A stretch of DNA of 47,175 bases from Bugula neritina (taxonomy: Eukaryota > Animalia > Bryozoa): NCBI GenBank assembly GCA_964035545.1, contig CAXIUT010000138.1:1-47175 (forward strand), given 5' to 3'. The notes under the pieces were generated by a model. The model was not told the DNA's origin, made no database searches, and saw only the letters and a program-made list of their open reading frames with translations. The translations under genes and the position numbers were made by a program. Shown here piece after piece: positions 38,031-47,175 of this stretch (within the stretch, counting starts at the first letter, position 1; each line of letters starts with the position of its first letter).

Positions 38031-38705
38031 TCATGATTCATCAACTTCATTCACATTTACATTATTTTTTGGTTTATCTCCGACTACTTTATCTCTAACT
38101 TTTCCCCAAAGCATCTTTGCCTTACTCGATACTGTTGCAGCCGCTCCTTTTGCTCCTTCTTGAATCTATCCTGACTACCATTTCTCAGAAATCTTTGATA
38201 TTCCCTTCTTTCCTAACTCTTTTGTTTTTCCTCCCAACCAAAATGCTTTTTACTTGGCACTTTCAAGCATTTCTTCAGGTTTCATATCTGTTATAGGAAT
38301 ACTTTCTTTTGAAATTAATCTACCTTCTTCAACACTTGGTTCTTGACCTACTGGTTTGCCATCTAAGAGACCTTTGTAGTAGATAGTAGCTTTACAGGTA
38401 ATTTTAACTCTAGCATCAGCTAATTCAAGTCCATAGTTTTTAAGAAACTTTCCAAAGCTTTAATTTCCTCCTTTTTCCATTCTTTAAACCTCCATCCAAG
38501 TCCACTCATCAAGGTTAACACTTTTGATTTTAGTAGCCCAAGAAAATTATCTGAAGGCAGCTGCACAATCAAGACAAAGAAAGATAGCCGTATTTAGTTC
38601 AGCCCATTGTTTGCTTGGGCGACCACAGTGAAGACAACGTGTATTAGGTTATTGCTGGAAAAGACGAAGTAAACGAGTAGTTGGAGTTTATTCTGATCCT
38701 TACAT
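38031..38705 (-). CDS. ArfGAP domain protein (ARFGAP1/Gcs1-like)
   Basis: CLHCG...WAELNTAIFLCLDCAAAFR...KSVNLDEW...MEKGGN zinc finger; 224 aa. Confidence 0.88.
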
Positions 38706-38858
38706 AGATTTTATTATCAAATTGTTTACTTTTTAAATAAACTATCATTTTTAGTAGATCAATAAACTCCTTCAATATTTTATTTTGAATTAGAAAATGA
38801 ATAATACAAATAATATAGCTATCATTATATGATATCTTATTCATAATAATAACACATT

Positions 38859-40244
38859 ATGAATTTGAAAATAAACAATAGTTTACCACCTCTTCCAACT
38901 CCTCATCAACCATATCATTTAAGTTACGTCAATATACCTGAACCAGCTCTACTTCTCTATACATCGCCACCTCCTCCTTAAAAACAAGAATAGCCAAAAA
39001 AGAAATTTGCATTTAAAACTAATCAAAATCCAGTCAATACAATCTAACCAGTTTATTTATTTATTTTTTCAACAAAAAAATGGCAAAAATAATAAACAAA
39101 AGGAAAATTTCCATCTAAAAGATAAAATTCAGCTACAACTACAATTGGACCATGTCTCTTACTTTATGGAGGATCACAACTAACACCATCAAAACCCATG
39201 AATGATTTATACTGTCTTAACCTGAATACTTGGAATTGGAAAAAACTATTTGCAATGGAAACACCACCAGCACATCCTAAACCTCTTGCTTTATCAATTA
39301 AACCTGATAAATTTGTTGTAGTTAATAAATAAATATGGATTTTCAATACTAAAGGAGTCAACTGGTAGGCTGAATCTACTGATTTACCTGGTGGCGTCTG
39401 GTCTAAAGTATAAGGAAGTTAGTTCGTATTTAGACCTTTATGTGTTTGTATTCAAGAAGAGTAAATAATAGTTTTTGGATCAGAATCTGGTTTAAAAGCT
39501 ACTTCAGTTAATATTTAAAATAAAAGTATTCGGCCTTTAACAATATTAGGATAGTCAACACATAAAAGTTAAAATCTTGATATTGTTGCCACTTCCTAAG
39601 GTAATGGATTGCTCGTAGATCAGAAATATATTGTCTCATTTTATACTAATCTAAATACTATAGTCATAAGTGATCCCCTAAAACTAGATACTAACATCAA
39701 TACTACTATTCCTATCAACTAAATGAGGATTAATTATTGCATAAACAAGTAATAACTTTTATCTCTTGAACTTAATCTTCCATAAAATTAACCTGATACA
39801 TAAAGACAAGTCACCACAGTTGACCATCGCTCATCTGTAGTTGAACAGTAGCATTAGGAATAGTATGTGCAACGTTCTCGCTATCGTCCACCTCCATCAC
39901 CAATATCAACTCAAGGAACAAATCATATATTTACAATATTGTCACCTTTACTAGCTAGAGAATGGCTAAGAAGACGTTTATTGGAATAAAAAAACAAAAC
40001 TTTATAAGATGCGATAAAGAAAGCATAAAATATGGTTCTTGCCCTTTGTAGATATGGAAATTAAGAAGAAAAGAACCGGCATATATAAAAAGTATGTCTT
40101 TTAAGATAATCACTTCGTAGTGTATTGAAATCATAAGCTTTTATTCGAACATAGATGTCAGAAAGACCAGGTGAGAAAGAATTAAGAGCCAAAGCTGTAC
40201 AGTAAGAACATGGCTCAGGCTTAATTGATCCTAATTAACTATGA
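38859..40244 (+). CDS. Kelch-repeat protein with C-terminal coiled coil
   Basis: TKGKFPSKR..SATTTIGPCLLLYGG...MNDLYCLNLNTWNW kelch blade; 461-aa ORF. Confidence 0.7.
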
Positions 40245-40294
40245 TGTTTTATAAATAATATCTAAAAATACATAAATAAGTTATAAAATGATAA

Positions 40295-41899
40295 TCAAGC
40301 TTTCTTCTTCTTTTTCTTTTTCTTTTTAGCTACCTTGATAAAAGGATTTTTAATCATTCCCATTCCAGTTACCACACCTCCCCACTAATTAATCTATCTT
40401 TATTCAAATGTTATACTCTTTGCTACTCTATTAAACCCAACACTTATCTTTTCTTTAGCGAAAGTTTTCTTCAAACCATCAACTTCTTCTTCAGCATCTC
40501 TTAAAACTTTCTCTTCAGCCTCTCTTAAAATATCCTCAAAAGCTTTTCTTTTTGGTTTTTGCCCGTAAACAGTCATTTTTTATACTGTTCCATGTTTAAC
40601 TAAACCTTCTTATTCAGCATATCTTCCAACATGTTATGATAATTTGCCAACCATAAAAGCATTTTTTATTACTTCATTTCTATTTTTGATACGATCTGAA
40701 CTAAAAGCTGTAATTGGTCTTGAAGCTTTCTTGCTGACTTATGTAGGAATAATATTTTAAAAGCTGACTATGTTTTAACAACTTTATATAGGTACTTCAT
40801 CTCTTTTAAATGGAACTCCTATCTTTTTAGCTCCCATTGTTGCTGACTCAGCTCTACGTTTCATCTCACTCTTTGCTCTTCCTTTCCTCTTGGCCCATTC
40901 TACTTACAATTGAGCTAACACTTTATCCTATTCATCTTTTCTCTAGTTATAGTTTCTTTTCTATCTTATTTATAACATTCCGCCTTAAAAATGTTTTCCA
41001 CTAACTTTAACATTTTACTTCACTCCATAAACTTTAATCCTAGGTTTTAATTTATCAATAACTTCTTTTTATTCCTCTTAAACCTCACCACCTGCTTCTT
41101 CTTCTCCTTCAATAGGAATATCATCAACATTGATATCACCATCATCTGCTCCCTCACCTTCTTGTCCTTAAATTATTTCCTCAGCTTCAATATCAGCTAT
41201 TAATTTCTCTTAAGTTACTTGTATTTCTTTGAGAGGAGTAGGTTTTTCATCAAGAGATATAATTTAAACATCAGATTATACATCTTCTCCTTCAGCTATC
41301 AATTTTCTTTGATATTATTTTAATCTTTTCTTTGGATGTTAATAATTTTTATTTATAGTTCTAATTCCAGCATAAAATTCCTGTTCTCCCTAAACCAAAC
41401 GATCATAATCTATTTTATAATTTCCTTTTTTCATTTATATTGCTTATTCTTTCAATGGTCTAATAGGAGGACGATTTGTGCCAGTAACGGATCTAGATGT
41501 TCCAGTTTGAGGTCTAGAATAAGCAGTATTCGGTCTAGTTCTTGTCGATGCAGTGCCAGGTCTACTTTTACTACTAGAAACACTTTTACCAAAATCAACT
41601 TCACCACTTGTAGCCCATTTGTATATTTTATCAAGATATTCCAGTTGATTCTAAGTAAGAGAAATTCGAGTAAGTTCACAAAGCATTTTAAATAGCTGTT
41701 GAATGTATACTTGTTGATATCGAATACGATCAGGTTATTTTTAATTATTGAAATTATGAACAATACTTTTAAGTTGCTTGAATTTAGGATTATCATCTAT
41801 CATCAGTGAATGAATAGTAGTCAAATCGAATTTTTTCTTCTTTTATTCTACCTACCAACGAACCAAATCGATACGTTACTCTAACTATGTATTTGACAT
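40295..41899 (-). CDS. Hypothetical coiled-coil protein with RPxT(A/G) repeats and polybasic C-terminus
   Basis: About 534-aa ORF; RPGTA/RPNTA/RPQTG motifs; ends KNPFIKVAKKKKKKKKA. Confidence 0.65.
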
Positions 41900-42069
41900 A
41901 ATCTTCAGTTATAACTTATCATTATATTAGGGGTTGATAGCCATTTAACTTATTAATAAACTATTAACTATTGATTTCTAATACCATTTAATCTATTTAA
42001 ATGAATTTGAATGATAAATAGAAAGATTGAAATGGTTATGAATGATAAAAAGAAAGATAATTATTGATA

Positions 42070-42650
42070 TCATGGTGTTAGAGTTGAAAAGAGGAGTCTC
42101 ATAAATTGTGAAAAGAGTAGAAATTTGAAATCAAGACTATTTTATACCTTAATCGAATTAGCAATTGATAAGGCTTTATCTTTATAGTCCTGGAATTTAA
42201 CACTAAAGAAGTTTATTTTAACTTTGAACAAATGATACAATAAAACAACTATAATAACCCATGGCAATTTTTATCTCATCCATTTTTTAACTTTTATCCA
42301 TCGACCTTTACTCAACTAGATAATCATATCTCTAGAAAATTTAACTCTCTAAAAATAAGCCTAATTTATATACTATTTACTTTATCCTCTTTTTGACGAT
42401 TCAAAAGCACCTGCTAAAGTATGACATTAACTCCATATTGATACAAATCACATTGAATGGGTTGCCGACAAAGAGGACAAAGATATTTAGTGAATTAAAA
42501 TTTTTTAGATCTGATGCAAGTAGAACAAAATCTATTTTATTTTAATTCATACGTATGACCACAAGTCAATGTCAAAGGAGATACAAAAGGAAGTAAACAT
42601 ATCGCACACTAGAATAGACTATCCAACTCAGTCATCTCTTATGATGTCAT
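42070..42650 (-). CDS. RING-HC (C3HC4) E3 ligase with a predicted transmembrane segment
   Basis: CAICLLPFVSPLTLTCGHTFCSTCI...CPLCR, later LPWVIIVVLLYHLF; 21- and 20-nt introns give a 179-aa product. Confidence 0.85.
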
Positions 42651-42731
42651 ACCTAAACAACTATTATATTCAACTATCAGACTTAATACCAATCAAATAT
42701 CGTTTCATAAAATATACCATTAAACATCATA

Positions 42732-44271
42732 TCACAAAAGAACGGCAAAACCTTAAGAATGTATCCCAGAAAAAACAAATCCATTCTTCACAGGAGTAAA
42801 ACAATGGGTTATCAACTTGACTGATTCTTGGCCACTTATTGCTCCTGCTATCGAATTCATATTTATTGTTGACTGACCTTCAACTCGACAAATCTACTTC
42901 AAATATCGTTTCTCGGATAGTTCGGTAAAACCAAATTAGACTTTTAGGCCATGAGCGATTTCTAGAATTGATTAGAAGTCATCCATTTTAGGTATTCTCC
43001 CTTGTTGTTAACTAAATATTTGCCAAGAACGGATAGCTAGAATTATATGTCTCCATCTATCATCCATCCATTGTAAATTAGGATTGTCTATCTTCTACAA
43101 CTACTTGAAATAAGGTTCTAACTCCATCACTTAGATTGCCTCAATATTATTGATAAACTAAGATATAGTTTTACGAGTTAGTGGCACTTTTCCAAAAAGA
43201 TTTTCCATTATCTTAGACAAATAATCAATATCTACTTCATGTTGAGCTTTATAAACTTCTTTTAGTTCTATATACAACTTGGTTTCAGTTTACATATCAG
43301 GCAAGTCAGTAGGTTGAGGAAGATTTCCTGTTTTTTTTAACATCTAGCCACAAGCTTTGATAAAAATAAGACTAGGATCTGATTATACTGTTGCATTTTG
43401 AACATGTTCACTATCAAATCTATCAAGTCCTCTGAGAAAGTTATCAGGATTTTGCACTAAATCAAAATACCGACTGGCAGCCTGACTAAAATTATCACGA
43501 TAACCTTATCCTAATCTCATAGACCATTATTTTATTTTTTACAAAATAAATTTTTTATTATTTTGACCTTTAGGAGCCATTTGGTTCAATTGAATTAAAA
43601 TAATTGGATAGGGAATATGAGACAAGACATGCAGAAGTTTATCTTTTTATTACTTTTCTTATATTTTATCTAGTTGATCCATTAGTTCAGGAATATTCCA
43701 CTTTTGAGAGTGTTATTGTAAAGCCGGAAAGGGATCATGCAATCTCAGATAATATTTTTTTGATGCAGTTCGTTAAAATTAGATCATATGTACTTTTCTT
43801 TGATTTCTTATGTAGATAAAAAATCCAATCACAGTCACAAAAACAACTGCTATGTTCTACTACCAACACGCATAAGATATCTTCTTTTGAATCACTCAAA
43901 GATAAATCACCAACCACAATCAAATTGTATTTTCTCAACTTCTATCTATCACTTAACAAATCCAAAGGATGACAAACAAATGCCTCACCCTTTACCTCAG
44001 GATTCATTTCAAGTAAATTTACAGAAGCAGCTTCGGCTCTTGGTTTTCCAATATCTTAAGGAGCATAGTAAAATGAACTAGATAGATCTTATTGACAAAG
44101 TTTTCTGCTATCCCAGATATCTATGAATCCAACACCAGGAAGAACCAGATTTTTCAAAGTCTAGATACCTGCACCTGAACAACCAAGCAATGCTACCCTC
44201 GCCTCTCCAAGTCTGCGTTGTCCCTCTGCTCCCCACAATCGGATCTGTCGATCATATTTATTAACTTTCAT
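42732..44271 (-). CDS. NAE1: NEDD8-activating enzyme regulatory subunit (NAE1/APPBP1/Ula1)
   Basis: KYDRQIRLWGAEGQ...ETLKNLVLPGVG; C-term AISGQESVKLITHCFTP. Confidence 0.9.
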
Positions 44272-44357
44272 GCTGGATATATTATAAGCCTCTTTTGATG
44301 GTATTTCTATAAGAGAATTAAGATATTTCAATTAAATAAAATATTCAAATCGACTTA

Positions 44358-45164
44358 TCATTTACACATAGATAAAACTGATAACCTTTCTTCTTTAGTT
44401 AATGACAGTTTTACTATTTATAGATCTTGTTTCATATGTTACTCAGAAGTAGTTCCAATCAAAGGTATTATTCCTTCGCCTATCAATACGGCATAAAATA
44501 TTTGGGCAGTTGTTTTTGCATATTTTTGAGATAATTATTTGACTATTTTCGATGATAAAATATGAGGATTAGCTGTAAGAGTCCAAAAACTTTGATATCT
44601 AATACCTTTTTCTTGGCAAAAAGCTCTTAAGCCTTGATCATAACCACTTTAAGCATAAAATCTATTTTGCAAAAAGCTTGGTTTGATGCTAGAAACATCA
44701 AAAAACTCTTTAAATACTTGTAAACTATAACAATTACTAATTCCAAGCATTTTTACTTTTCCTTCTTTAACAAACTATTAAAAAACTCTCCAAACTTCAA
44801 TAGTCCTTCCCATATTCTCCATAGGACTATGTAAAACCAATGAATCCAAATATTAAGTCCTCAAATTTTTAAGAGATACCTGCAGTGACTTTCTCACTTG
44901 AGTCTTGATATCATCTTTTGGATTATAGGGTATCTTATTGGGATCTTGTCCATTAATAGAAGTATATTTAGTTTGAATAAAAAGTTATTCTCTAGATATT
45001 CCTGATGATATGATCCCCTGGCCTACTCCATCTTCGTTATAGTGTTTAGGTTGGCAAGCAGTATCAATTGCTCTAAATCCATTTTTGATTGCCAGTTTTA
45101 CTAATTAAGCTGTTTTTTATTTTTTCCAAGCTGTGCCATAAAATACTTGAGGAATTGATTTCAT
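44358..45164 (-). CDS. Aldo/keto reductase
   Basis: YGTAWKK, GFRAIDTACQPKHY, LFIQTK, YLDSLVLHSP, LGISN; intronless, 268 aa. Confidence 0.92.
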
Positions 45165-45292
45165 ATCTATTTACTATAACATAATTCACTTCAAAAATAA
45201 GATAATCTCATTGATTTTACTATAAGTTATAAATTAAGAAACCTTTGAATTTAATTCACAAAGACGATCAATAATAATAATAAAATTTGGTA

Positions 45293-45925
45293 ATGCAGCT
45301 TGAATAGCAACTAGCATCAAACAGTCTACCATACCCTCCATGTTTTAATGGTCATACTTGGAATACTCGTTTAGGTCGATCTCGTCGTTCGATTCCAGGA
45401 TATTTATAATAAGATCTTCCCCCACTAAAATTTCACTACATTCGTCAACAATTCAAATAAATGTAAAGAATATAATGTCCAAGATTGACATTTTTCAAAT
45501 CAAAAATACAAACCAAAAATCATGGTCCTCAAAATAAAAAATAAAAAAAAACTATCGATCCATGTCTTCCTTTAAATCGATAACTCATAAAGATAAGATA
45601 ATCGTTAAAATATACATTAATAACTGCTGATAGAGATAGTAATATAGTCAAGTAACTGTTAAGTCGAGCAAATCAAATCGAAGAGGAACTTAGGCAGATG
45701 TAATTTTAGGGAATAAAACCTATAAAAATAAAAAATAAAAGATGTAGCAGTTTAATAAAAATAAAATAAGAATAAAATTGTTTTCCTAATACCATGCAAT
45801 TGATCATGTCAGCTCGTATATAAGCACTAAGAGTCAAACCAGAATAAAATCAAGATTAAGAATGTCCAGAAGAAGTAGAATCTCAATTAGATAGCATCAA
45901 ATTACTTCCATACATCACCTAATGA
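45293..45925 (+). CDS. Hypothetical 210-aa protein
   Basis: Uninterrupted ATG-to-TGA ORF in code 30. Confidence 0.55.
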
Positions 45926-45970
45926 TCAGTTAGTAACTTATTATTATTACTCAATTAAGTATATTAATAA

Positions 45971-46945
45971 TCAATTTTTTATTTATACTTTATCTTTGTT
46001 TTTAAGCAACATAATGATTCCAACTGTAATAGCCAAAGTACCTGCCACACAAAACCAATTAACTTCTTATTGGTATCTAACTAAACTAAAGAAGTAGCCG
46101 ACAACAATAGCTGTAAATTGAAAAGGAACAACCAAACCATAATTTTTAGTCAAAGTTAAAGCAGCATTAAAACCAAGCATACCCATACTCAAAACAATCC
46201 CTGAAAATATAAAAACCTCACCCAGTTCATACATAGTAGGCCAATAATAATGACTATCTTAGAAATTAGTCAAAACTAGTAGAGAATTAATAACTAGAAA
46301 TTAGACTCCAACCATATAGGTAATTTGAACAGAATTAGTATTGATAAGTTTTTTAGTAAAAACTGTTGCTATTCCACAACTTGCCTGAGCAATAGTCAGA
46401 ATAATAGCCACAACTAACTTAGTCATTGGATCTGTGCTGATATATTTATCACTTTGAGATGTCTATTCGTAGACAATATCTTTTATATATCCTCCATTGG
46501 TTGTCAAAAGCACTCCAACAAAAGCTACAAAAATCCATATTTTTTGTTTATTATTCAATTGAATTCCATAAAGCAAATAATCAAAAAAGGATGTGAAAAG
46601 AGGATTAGACGCATACATGGTCACCACAATGGGCAACTCCAAATAAAATTGCGACCAAGCATACACCAAACCATGCACCAACATCAACGTATTTCTAATT
46701 ATCAACCATCTAAAATTATGACCAGATCTATAACTCATGTCGATTCCTTTCCAACGAGCAAGACAATAACTCACTGATAAAGCAGCTATCCCTCTGATCA
46801 TGTTGGTCAATGAGGAACTCAACTTCATCTCGTTGGCAAATATGTAACCTAGAGTCATACAGGAAGACGAGCCGGTCATTATTAGGATTGATAGTAACTA
46901 TCGATTTATGCCTAGGAGGTTTTGGTTTTATAGATTTTATGGCAT
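45971..46945 (-). CDS. EamA/DMT-superfamily (SLC35G-like) transporter
   Basis: About 10 hydrophobic segments; YLELPIVVTMYASNPLFTSFF, AFVGVLL; 324 aa. Confidence 0.82.
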
Positions 46946-47104
46946 GTTTTGATATATTACTAATTGTAAATAATCTAATAGAAATTATTACTATTTATTT
47001 AACAGCTTTTAATACTGAATATTATCTTCATTAAACTTAAATAATTAAAAGCCATTGATTTTATAAAAATCATAAAAACAATCATATTTTACTCACACTT
47101 AATC

Positions 47105-47175
47105 TGGGGTTGGGGTTGGGGTTGGGGTTGGGGTTGGGGTTGGGGTTGGGGTTGGGGGTTGGGGTTGGGGTTGGG
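47105..47175 (-). repeat. Right telomere, (TTGGGG)n
   Basis: Terminal G4T2 array, 160 bp from the EamA start codon. Confidence 0.97.

Overview
AT-rich, gene-dense ciliate macronuclear-type DNA, capped by (CCCCAA)n at the left end and (TTGGGG)n at the right. Conserved motifs (GlyRS AEI*HFVDP, kinase YRAP*, helicase D*GH, cathepsin *F) show that both TAA and TAG encode Glu and only TGA is stop. This is the peritrich nuclear code (NCBI table 30), so the supplied standard-code ORF track fragments most genes. Re-read in this code, the window holds about 30 protein genes with tiny 19-23 nt GT-AG introns, plus one tRNA-Ser(UGA). The genes include a cyclin, FOP/CEP43, LETM1, cathepsin L, a RAP-domain protein, BTAF1/Mot1, mTERF, GlyRS, a CDK-like kinase, a DUSP, ATP12, RCL1, SCOT, a prominin-like protein, ArfGAP, a kelch protein, a RING E3, NAE1, an aldo-keto reductase and an EamA transporter. 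The most striking feature is four internal, same-orientation C4A2 tracts of about 90-100 bp. One interrupts the BTAF1 3' end at a point where exact removal restores the frame. They suggest telomere-patched junctions or nested alternative chromosome ends, but an amplification or assembly artefact must be excluded. Scattered single-base frameshifts indicate some sequencing error, so several gene boundaries are approximate.
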